A stretch of DNA of 61,038 bases, the filler included, from Thelocarpon superellum (Eukaryota): assembly GCA_026025795.1 (NCBI GenBank). It is 7 parts of 7 records of this genome, joined end to end, with 100 filler letters (N's around TTAATTAATTAA, not from the genome) between each part and the next. Parts side by side here need not be neighbours in the genome. Positions count along the whole stretch, not along the records: positions 8,802 to 17,491 come from JAPEUG010000591.1; positions 17,592 to 26,265 come from JAPEUG010000592.1; 5 more parts are not named here. One strand, 5' to 3'. The notes under the pieces are model-generated. The model was not told the DNA's origin. It saw nothing but the letters and a program-made list of their open reading frames with translations, and ran no database searches. The first letter of the stretch is position 1. Each line of letters starts with the position of its first letter. Both the position numbers and the translations under genes were made by a program. Below are positions 10,470 through 20,907 of the stretch, piece by piece.

Positions 10470-13400
10470 TCAGCTGAAATCACAGCAAGTCTCAAACTCC
10501 GCGATTATCGCGGGGTCCACCCCCTCCAGCCCCGGCCGCACCCGGTCCTTCTCCGGCTCCGCCACAAGCTCCGGTGGAGCCGGCGACGGAGCCGGAGAAG
10601 AACCTGGCGGGCTCTCGGCGGCTCCCGACCAGGCCCCAGCCGGCCCGGCCCCCCCCAGCGAATCGTCCGCCGTACTGCCGGCCTCGGAGAGCGCCTCTGG
10701 CACCCCCCGAGGCCGCGAAACGCCCTCCTGGCAGCACTTGTGCTTGCACCTTTGGGCCATGTCAGACGGTATAAAGACCCCAAGAGAAACACTAACAACG
10801 TCTTGTCCCTGCACCTGTGACCGCAGGTCCACCGGCCGTTCTCCAGCCGTCTGCGCTCCAGACGCGGTGGCTCCACGCGCGGGGGCTCCAGGAGTGGGGG
10901 ATCGAGACCTGTGGGGCCCGCCAACCCCGGCCCCGTCCCCTGCACCTGTGTCCCCGGCGATCGGTTCGCCACGGTATTCCGCCGGGTGGTCGATGCCACC
11001 GCAGCACCAAAGGAATCGATGTGCTGGAAATCTAGATCGCTGACTGGAACACGTCAGCGCGACCTCACCCATCCGGAAGGGAGTTCACTTACGAGCGACA
11101 AAGAAATCCTCGTCGTCCAAGGCGCCGTCATCATAGGCGTCCACGGCCGGACCAGGAGGTGACCCCGCACACGTGGCAGCGGTCGTACACAGGGGTCCTG
11201 GTGGAGACGTCTTGCTCCCCTGCCCGTTGGAACCAGACCGCGGTTGACTTGAAGGAATGAGAGAGATTCCTTCTGACCGACGACGATCAGACGGAGGGAG
11301 AGGGTCAATCGTCAAAATAGCCGATCGGGCGGTACCAGCTGTAGGATGTCAATCGCCGGGCCGGCTTAACAGCACATTCATGGCGCATCTCACCAATCTC
11401 ATCGCACGTGGCTGTGCACGTGATGGTCTCACCCGCGCTGGTCACGGGGGTCGTGAACAGGACCCACTCCGTGATGATAAACGCACGTGCACTGGGCCCG
11501 TCAGTTAGGCCTTGCTGCAAAACTCGAATGGACAAACCTGATACGGCCGAAATCTAAGATACGGCCATCCTCCGTTTCCGCGAGATAGCAGACATATATT
11601 GGCCGCCGGTTAAAGATCCTTGGAATGGGATCATTGAAGAAGCCAATCTCCAGCTTGATCTGGACTTGATCTGGCCTACCCTCCACCGTCTCCTGACATC
11701 CACGGTCAGCCAAACATCAACGCCATCACTGGCCCCTTGACATACCCTCGCCATGAGCTTGACCCCAATGTGGAGCTGAGGAAAAGCCTCGACTCTAGTC
11801 AGGATCGTGTGGCCGTAAGGAGGGTTTCGGTGCATGAGCGTCTCGATGCGTGCGGCCTTCGTCTGTCGCAAGGCCTCGAGGTCCTCAATCCCACCGGCAA
11901 GAAGCTTCCGAACCGATACGTTGCCAATCCCTTCAATCTGTGTCATCTGCAGCGGCGAATGATCCCACACACGAGCCGCGAGACTCCGGGTCAGCTCCAG
12001 ACCGTGGCGAACGCCGACGGCGTCGCCTCGGTCCAGCAGGCAGTCCACTATGCAGCGGATCAGGCGCTGTGCGTGTTGGAAGGCGGTGTTCAGGTCCATC
12101 TGAAACTGGCCACAATGCTTCTGGAGCGCTTCTAGGGCGGGAAAATCCACGCCACCAAGTGTCGCTTGGAGGATCAATGACGACTTATGCGCCGGCAAAG
12201 CCAGGTCGACCTTGATTGGGAAACGGATCTCACTGGCCCGGTTGAGCTCGCGATAGAGGCCCTTCTCAGCCGCCTTGAGCCGTATCTCGTGGAACTCTTC
12301 GGCGGCCGCCAGGGCCGAGAGCTAGATGACCATCAGGTGAGCAAGTCTTCACTCCGAGCCAGGGCGGGAGACAGACAATTTCTGACATCCTCGGACGAGC
12401 CTGAAGGCTCAGAATCGATCGCATCGAGCCGAAGCGGACGCAATATCGCGCCATGGCGTGCCCCAAGGCTGTACATTGCAGCCGCTCCGCCATAAGCACA
12501 AGTCCAGCATTGCAGAGTCGACCAGTTTCTCGAGCGCCGATCCGCTCAAGCCCTTCATTGACGGGAGCGCCGCTAGATTGACCGTCCAGCTTGTAGTGGC
12601 CGGGATTCTTCGCCACTCGAACATAGAGAAAGGTGCTCTGGAGCCAACGTTTAGCAGTCTGCTCGTCTTGGATCGTTCCTAGACTAATCTCCGCATTCTG
12701 CCGATGCATCATCACGTTAGCGGTCTGGTCCCGAAAGTCGACAGTGGCGATCATCACCAAGTGTTCGGTGAGGTTCAGATGCAAACTGGTCCACCGGTCA
12801 GCAGGCCGTATCAACCCTGTGAATCGCTTTCGCCACACGAACCAACTTTCAACCGCATCTTGCCCTGATGTCATCCGTTCGTATCGCTGGACCTTTTCCG
12901 ATCGAGTCATGATGACCGCCACACCCGTGGTGTCGAACTGCGGTCTGCGTGTCTCCGTCAGCGGCGCGGGTCTCGATGGATGAGGTCGCAACTGGGCACG
13001 CGACCTGCCCGCTCGACCGAGCATTTGCATGACTTCCAGATCCGTGTACTCAAAAAGCCCGCCATTTTGCCAGCTGGTGGTGTTCTTCAAGATCACAAGG
13101 TGGCAAGGGAGGTTGACCCCGACGGCAAGCGTGGAGGTACAGCAGATGACACTGATCCAGCCAGCCAGATAGGCTTGCTCGACGTCCCGTCGAATGCTCG
13201 AGTCAAGTCCCGCGTGATGGAACGCGACACCGGCAACAACACAATCTGGAACCGGTCAACGCGTGCCTGGCCAAAGCGTGCACTTCACCTACTGAGAAGA
13301 GTCCGGTCGCGCACGCGCAGTATCTGTGAGGGGAAGGGCCAGGATCGCTCCTGTGGGCTTTGGTGTGTCCATAGCGCCGCCAGCGCTGTGGCCGTGACAG

Positions 13401-14307
13401 TGGCCGCATTCCGCGTCCCGCAGAAGATCATGATCGGTCTGGAAGCGGAGTGCCTGCGGATGACCTCGGGAAGCCTACGCCCGTCAGCTCTGCCCGTGAC
13501 GTCTCTCCTTGTCGGCGGACTGGGCCAGTGGTACCTAGAGCCGAGGAGCTTGTCAAAGGCAAAGTCATTTGCACCGCCAGACTGGTAGCCATAGACGAAC
13601 TTCTGCAACTTCACGGGTCGGAACTCTTCACCAAAAACCTCTTGATGCGCCGGCATATGTGGCGCAGCGGCGTCCCTTCCGAGCCAGACGGCAAGGTCAT
13701 GAGCGTTGGGGATGGTGGCACTCAGGGCGACGAAGCGGACGGCAGGAACGACGGACTTCATCCGCGAGACCAGGGCTTCCAAGGTAGCACCGCGGGTCTC
13801 TCTCAAGGTATGAACCTCATCGATCAGGAACAATTTGACCATCTGCACGAGCTTTAGATGATCCTTCCATCGACGCGTCATGCTGTCCCATTTCTCCGGT
13901 GTGGTGATGATCAGATCAGCAGTCTGCACCCGGCGGAGCTGATGCGAGTCCGTGTCACCGGTCAACTGGGCACAGTGGAGGCCCTGCGGGGCGAACTTGG
14001 CTTGCCAGTCACGGTGTCTCTCGGCACACAGGGATTTCGTGGGTGCCTGGTAGACGATCTTGTACGGCTCCGTGCGGAGCGACGCAAGGAGCCGACAGAT
14101 GGCCAGCTCCATGATTGCTGTCTTGCCACTACCCGTCGGCGATGCCAGGACAAAGTTCTCGTTGGTCTGATAGACGGCGTGGAAGCATCTCGACTGCATG
14201 GCATTGAACAGGGGGAAGGGAAAAACGGAACGGAAGCGGTCCGGAAGTGCTGTGGTGGAGACGGTCTGGATGCCCCTGATGGTGGGAGTGGCCTGTGGGT
14301 GCTCCAT
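10470..14307 (-). CDS. MER3: Meiotic crossover DNA helicase Mer3/HFM1 (Ski2-like DExH, Sec63 domain, C-terminal zinc finger)
   Basis: LPDRFRSVFPFPLFNAMQSRCF, motif I SPTGSGKT, TTPEKWDS, DEVH, SAT, GVAFHHAGL, TSTLAVGVNLP, QMLGRAGRPQFD, a Sec63 region, and C-terminal LENGRWTCGHRCRDK|xCKHKCCQEG. Many short introns (e.g. 13475-13534, 12945-13004, 12786-12842, 12698-12757, 12322-12376). Further 5' exons up to ~14900 are likely but not resolved. Confidence 0.93.
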
Positions 14308-15238
14308 GATGATCAGAGACTTGTTCGCGTGGACCTGTCAGGTAGAGTCTTCAAATCCTCCAGAGCTTCTACGCCTGGACACTTGGTGGACAGGCGTGTG
14401 TGTGTGTGGGACGAACTCGACTCCCCAGCGGGCCAGGGGATGGATGGGTCACGAGATCTGGCTCATTTGCAGAACCGAAACAACACCACATGCTCACCAC
14501 GGACGGAGGTTTGGATCTCACCCTTTGTCTCACGGGACATCGAGAAAAGATTTCCGCCTTTTGCATCGAGGACTGGTCACGATGAGTAGAAAATTGGCTC
14601 CGGAGTCAACACAGGACTCTGCAGCAGAGGGTTGGTCACGCGCAGGGTGTTCCCTTTCCCTACTCTGCCCACCAGATGCGAGTAAGGGACGTGGAGTAGT
14701 CCGGTCGTGCAGGGGAGTTTGCCGTGGACGTGCAATATTTGCATCGTCACGCCTACTCTCGGGACAGCCAGGATGGCGGGCGATGTACCGCGAGTCAAGC
14801 GTGCGCTTGGCATCGCGGGAGAAGAGAAGAGAGGACAAAAGGACCTGTGAGGCGCTCGACATGCGGACTCGCCCGTCAGCAACGAATGAAGACACGACGG
14901 AAGGGAAGGCGGCTATGGCCCCGCCTATGCACGGTGAATCTGGTCAGCAGACCTCACGACGATAGAAATTAACTATCTGCTCTCATTTTGATTCCCCGCC
15001 CAAAACACCGGCGAAAATGATACCGGACGATATGCACATGTGCGAAAGAGAACTTCACGTCGGGCCGATTCTGTCGTAGCCTGATGCAGGCACAACACGA
15101 AAAGGCATCACTATACCCAACCAACGCCAATTGAGCCTGAGCCACCGGGCGCTCGTCTTTCTTCATCTATTCTCGGGTCATAAGGAGCGTGACGAGCGGA
15201 AGAGAGGAGCATGAAGAGGGGTGGTCCATGCACACCCC

Positions 15239-16819
15239 TCAATCTCCACGTTTTGCGAATTTCGATCTGCCTGACGCCACCCGCGAGTGGTGGCGTCTAG
15301 GCGAACTAGGTCGTGAGGTCGATCGAGCGCTGCTCTTAAACGGTGTCGAAGGGAGGGCGCGGGCGTCGTCAACCTCGTCGGCTCCGATAGTCGTCTTCTC
15401 ATAGCTAGCAATGTTGATAGGTGGTGGTCGCGCATGCTCCGGACTACTGTACAAGTAGGTGGCAAAGAGGACGACGACCGTGCCCAGGAAGAACTGCCCG
15501 CGAACACGTTAGAGACAGCGGTGGCGGCGGTGACAGCGGCAGGATTCGCGAGGGGACACCGGCGACGGACTCACATTGGACGTGACATGAAAGTCAAAGA
15601 ACCAGACGCTGGCGAGGAGACTGACGATGATGCTGAGGCTGGTGGCAAAGTTCTTGGCAATGTTATCGGCATAGTTGACGCAGAGGGCGACGAGGACGCC
15701 GCCAAGGGCCTGGAAGGTGATAGAGGTCCACACGACCCAGTTGTACCCCTTGAAGAAGCCGTGCGTCGCAATCTCCTCGCCGTCCTTCACGATGACGCCG
15801 ACGATAAAAGCGGGAAAGAGGGAGTAAAAGGAGAGTTGCACATTGCGGATCCACAGCGACGACGGCGTATCCTTCAGCACCTTTTCAAAGTACACGCCCG
15901 CCAGCCCGGACACGGTACAGGCAGCGATGACCGCAGCGAGGCCGATGGAGGCATTCATCTCGGGATGTTCTAAGCCGAGGTCTTCTTGGATCCCTTCGTA
16001 AGTGGCGGAGCGAGGGGTGAGACGGGCGGCGGCGCCATGGGCGAGTGCCTGGAGATCGCCCAGCGAGCGAGGTAGATAGAAGCGCGAGGGCGCATCCTTC
16101 AGCGGCGCCAGCGTGTTGGCGTGGGAGGAGGGTAGCTGGACGATGGCGACGCCCATGGTGAGCAAGACGAGCGCGACCCATTTCCGCCACGAGAGTGTGC
16201 GGCCCAGCATGGAGACACTAAATAAGACTGTCGTGAGAATCTTGAGCTGATACGTAACCTGGAAGGTGGCGGCGTCGAGGTTGCTGACCGCAATATACTG
16301 CAGCGAGTTCTGGAGGGTGTAGAGGGTGGCAGGAATGGCGAGCTTCCAGCTGTCCGCCGTGGCCGTGGCTCGGTACAGAGAGGAGAAGAGGGCGGTGGCA
16401 GGCGTGAAAGGTGGCAGGCTGCGGGAGATGTCGTAGAGCGCGACGGTGAGACAGATGGCGAGCTTCAGTACCTCGTTCAAGAAGACGGCGGTGGATGTAT
16501 AATATCGATGGCCGCCCACCAAGGGCATGATGCGCGAGTAATGCATGATCTACGGGACAGCGGTCAGCCGTAGAGCAGGCCCAAAAGTCGAGGAGTCTTG
16601 TTGGGAATTTTGGGGACAGGAAGACCAGTATCAAGGGCGGAAGCTCGGCGGACATACCAAGATGAGAGCGGAGTTTTGGAACACAAGCTGCGAGCAGATC
16701 AGCGCGGTCCGGACCTGAGGATATCTCGTTCCAGGTCCGTGGCCTCTCACCGTAACCAGTGAGAGATGCTTCAATGGCACGCCCATCCAAGTGTGGGCCT
16801 GCGCCGAAGCGTCGGCCAT
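15239..16819 (-). CDS. UDP-galactose / nucleotide-sugar transporter (SLC35A family, Gms1/UgtA-like)
   Basis: Exons read MADASAQAHTWMGVPLKHLSLVT | LVFQNSALIL | IMHYSR...STAVFLNEVLKL...KLAIPATLYTLQNSLQY...LDAATFQVTYQLKILTT...SGLAGVYFEKVLK...LWIRNVQLSFYS...YADNIAKNFATS | FFLGTVVVLFATYLY...; stop at 15239. Confidence 0.93.
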
Positions 16820-17491
16820 GGCGAAGGCTACGGTCGCGCGGCCAGCCACGCGCGTCCACACGACGAGCCAGCGGAAGGGAGATCCGAGCGACGGACAAGA
16901 TCGTCGGTGCCGGACGATTGAGGGGAGGAGGAGAGGGGGCGAGCGGAGGCGTAAGGAACGTGGTGGGTTGGGCGTGGCAAAGGACGGTGAAGGGCAAGTC
17001 TGCCCGAACTGCCGATGGGAAAGCCTGAGAAATGGGAGTTGGATGGCACCGGTATGTACAGTGGGCAGCCGGCAGCGCTAAGGGCAACAGCACCGACAAA
17101 TAGTACGGGAGCGAGGTCGTCTGGAGATGGATTCTCCTCGCCGTATACGAGGACTTTACGGACGATGCAGTCGGCGTCCCACGCGACGACGACACTTCGA
17201 TGGCGGTGGCGGCGACAGTCGGACGAGAACGAGGCTCTAGTCGGTCAACACAAACTTCCTTGGGTGGTGTTGTTTCCTGAATCGCGGTGTCGCCTGACCT
17301 GGAGCAAGATTCGAGAGCTGGCAAGCCTATTCGCTATGTTACTTAGACTAGGTGGCCAGGGAGGCAATAGAGGCGGCGCGTTGGTGGAGCCCACGCTGCT
17401 TCGGGTAAGACAGAAATGCTTAGTCCCCCACGAAGCGCGCTCGGTCGGGTCACTCACGGAGGAGAAGCAGGCGGTGGGCCTGGAACAGAGG

Positions 17492-17591
17492 NNNNNNNNN
17501 NNNNNNNNNNNNNNNNNNNNNNNNNNNNNNNNNNNTTAATTAATTAANNNNNNNNNNNNNNNNNNNNNNNNNNNNNNNNNNNNNNNNNNNN
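17492..17591. other. Artificial contig linker
   Basis: N44-TTAATTAATTAA-N44. Confidence 0.98.
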
Positions 17592-17627
17592 TACAGCTCT
17601 CCCTTGCCCCTGCGTTCTCCTCTTCCA

Positions 17628-18689
17628 TCATGTAGAAGCTGTCGATGCACCACCCAGTAACTCCTGCACGCCATACGTTGGCCCTTGGGGATCAGCATAT
17701 GCGTTGTCGTATGCGGGGCGCGAGATGCGCACGCAGTGTCGGATCTGCACGACGCGGCCCGCCGTGCTCCCTGGTCCCTCTCCCTCTCCCGCTCCGGCTG
17801 CTGCTGCTGCGCCTCCGACCACAAATTCGCCTTGGTTGCCCGCCTGGTTACCCCCTAAATGGCCTCCGGCTGCAGGCACCGCAGGGAACAAGGCCTGGCA
17901 TTGTGCCAGAATGGAACTCTCGTCCCCAACGCACGAGTGCCATGCCGCGCCGCCGTCGGGGAAGCGCGACGTGCAGTAGCTTTCCTGCTCGGCCGTTGCG
18001 GTGAGGTTGGTGATGCTGGTCGTTGGGGGCGTGTCGGCGGTGTTGGGTGGGTGCGTAGCGGCCTGCGCTGGCTGAGCTTCCTCCTGGGACTGTGCCAGCG
18101 GTCCCTGAGACCGTGCCGGTTGTGCCGGTTGTGCCGGTTGTGCCGGTTGTGCCGGGGATTGTGCCGGCGTACCCGGTGGTGGTTCGCCCGTGGGTTGCCG
18201 GCGTGGTCGGACGGGAACTTTGTCGTCGGCGGTGTTGATCGGATCGCACGCCTCCGCGTACTGAGCTCGCTCGGCGGCGGTGTGGGTGGAGAGCGTGCTG
18301 CAGAAGACGGGTCGATGGTCCAGCGATCGTTTGTTCGAGCTGGTCGCGTTGACGGCAGATCCTGTCTCGTTGGTCCGCACGTGTTGGTCGAGGTTCGTGG
18401 ACTCGTTGTTGCTCCTTCCGTGTCCGTGCGGTTCCGCGTTTGTCACGACGACGTAGCTTTCGTTGCTCAGGCTCTCCGTCGCGCATTGGTTGACGGCTTG
18501 CTTGCGGGCCTCGCCTTGCAGAGCGGGGTCGATCAAGGCGTTGCAGAGGCCGCGGTCCGGCGGGTACAGATCCACGTTCGTCTCGCCGCCGATGGCCGGA
18601 TTGGTGATCTTCGTCGGCGCCGTCCAGGCTGGGCGCAGCACGAGGGCCACCGCGATCAGGTGGAGGAGGACGAGCGACGGCATGGTCAC
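17628..18689 (-). CDS. Putative secreted protein with paired cysteines, N-glycosylation sequons and QPA repeats
   Basis: 353-aa ORF with a hydrophobic signal peptide (MPSLVLLHLIAVALVLRPAWTA/P), sequons NES, NES, NET, NAT and NLT, a dibasic NKR site, and a 9-bp repeat at 18113-18155 encoding (PAQ)n. Confidence 0.7.
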   Translation of the reverse strand: MTMPSLVLLHLIAVALVLRPAWTAPTKITNPAIGGETNVDLYPPDRGLCNALIDPALQGEARKQAVNQCATESLSNESYVVVTNAEPHGHGRSNNESTNLDQHVRTNETGSAVNATSSNKRSLDHRPVFCSTLSTHTAAERAQYAEACDPINTADDKVPVRPRRQPTGEPPPGTPAQSPAQPAQPAQPAQPARSQGPLAQSQEEAQPAQAATHPPNTADTPPTTSITNLTATAEQESYCTSRFPDGGAAWHSCVGDESSILAQCQALFPAVPAAGGHLGGNQAGNQGEFVVGGAAAAAGAGEGEGPGSTAGRVVQIRHCVRISRPAYDNAYADPQGPTYGVQELLGGASTAST

Positions 18690-20907
18690 TCGCTGGCAGG
18701 GTAGGCACGGGGGATGATGATCCCAGGATGGCTTGTCGCCGGCGGATCGTGATCTTGAAGGGGAGCGGTCGGCCCGGTCGCTGCCTCACCTACATCCGCA
18801 GACAGGAGCAGAGAGAGGTCCATGGTCACTTTATCTTGGTCGGCTCTCATCCGGCGGAGCTACAACCCCCACCCTAGACCGAAATAGCTGGATCCCCGAA
18901 TTGGCCGCAATCCTGTAGCTGGTCTCGGTGAGGGCGGTAAAGCCACGAGCCCAGATCCCAGATCCCAGTCCAAGCTCGATCCCATCGGGACCCGCGTGCA
19001 GTCACGAGAGCGAAAGATTTGGCGCATCAAGACCTGCATGTGTGGCCGAAAGGCAATTGTCGAAACAACCAAAGTCTGTTGTGCGGCCGGACGGCGACGC
19101 GAGGCAACAAGCGAATGACCAACGACGAACGTTTTTCCGCACGGCAAAGTCGGAGCGAATGGAAGGAAGGACTGTGTGCGAAGATCAATGGGGCCATCTC
19201 GATGAGACGCCGCTCCCCCGCAGCCCCAGATACGCATGATTCGAAACCTTGCCAGTCGAGGGCCACGAGATGGGCGGCCCGGGCTCAGCCCATGACGTGT
19301 CAGCAGCCACTAGAAGTGCAGATTGAAAGGTGGAATCTACGATCTGGAGTACTCGTGCGACGTGCCGGTCTAGTTGAGGGAGGCGATGGGTCGCGGAAAA
19401 ACAACGCAGGAGCCGACGACTGGGGCGAGTGGGCAATTTCCTGCCGGTAAAATGGGGCAAGTGCTGGACGATGCCACCATGGCACCCCGCGCCGCGTGCA
19501 CACAGCCACCCACCTCCGGGCCCCCTCCCCCCGGGCAATCCCGCGCGGCGAGCACAGCGGGAGAGCGGGAGAGCGTGGTGCAGGAAAGAGCCGCGATTGT
19601 GCAGGTCTAGAAAAGAAGTCGACCATCAGAGGGATGCAAAATAGGCGAACGGCATCACTTTGAAATTGGGCGACGTTGAGAAGGCTGAAGGTCCTTCGAT
19701 GCCAAAAGTGGGATGAATGGGCGGGAAGATCAGAAGAGAGACACATCGACGAGCACTCGTAGGTTGATGACGTGGCGCCGTCTTACCCGTACGTTCTCAA
19801 GTCGTGCCACCGACGGAGATCGGCCGAGGTGGACGTCACTTCCGATCTGATCATTGTCCGGGACAAAGACCCCTCCTCCGCCAGATGACCAGGTGATGAT
19901 GGGCGGATACTTCTGACTACCCGTACGAGTACCCGCGGGCTTGCACGTAGACTGCCCCTAGCGTCTGCTCCCTCTTCCTTGGCTTTGTGATGCCAACGTG
20001 CACGGCAACCGCCACGCAGATCCGCCACCACAATCCCTCGGTAGACTCGTTACCTGTCCTCGTCGACCCCGTCAGCCTTTGCGCCCTCCTCGGACTGACT
20101 CGCGGTCGACCCTACCGTGCCTCCCTCCCCTGCCTTCCTCCCCAGCTCGCTTGGGGTACGTCCGCCCGTGGGCACATGGCATCAAGGGCCGGCACACTCG
20201 TGGCGTGTGAACTATCCGCTGCCGCCGCCAGTGGCCGGCCTAGCCGCATAACTGCACCCCTGGAGGATGCACACTACCCGCGGTAATTGACGCAAGCCCG
20301 CCCACGTGTGTGCATGAAGTTCAAGCATCCCACCCTGTCACCCTAACCTCCGGACCGACTAGGGTTCAGGTGGGGTGCTCGTCGTTACACGACCGATAGA
20401 TGCGACGGCCGCAGGCTGTTCCACAACATCCCCATGACAGCAATCGGGATCGCAACGTTACCCGCCTTGAGGCTCCAGTGGCCATGGTGTCTTCCGTAAG
20501 AGTATCCTGATGTCAAAGTACGGCGGGGATTGATATGGGAGAGGCCTGCCCCATGTGGCCTTGTCGCATCGCGATCTCTATCTACCGTCATGTACTGGTG
20601 GTATTCACCACGTCTATCACGTCACTGCGGAGATGTGCCCATCTCACCAAGTCGCGACTAGCGATGCCTCTTACGCGTCAGCCATGACGTTGGTCCTCCA
20701 GTGCACAACTGAGACTCTTGCACTATCATGCGATAAGCCTGAAGCGGTAGTAGGGAGACTTGACGTGGTATTTTCAGCGGAGTTGAGTTTGAGCTGGTCG
20801 CGGACCAAGCCCAGGTAAAGGCGGAAACATAATTCGTTTCCAAAACACGCTCGATGCTCAACATGGACGTCGCATCTACCAATCGCCGATCACCGGCCAC
20901 CAATCAA

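Noticed and set aside
595..14307. Apparent meiotic gene cluster (RIM4 near MER3)
   Set aside because: The genes lie on different contigs separated by an artificial linker, so their proximity reflects length sorting.
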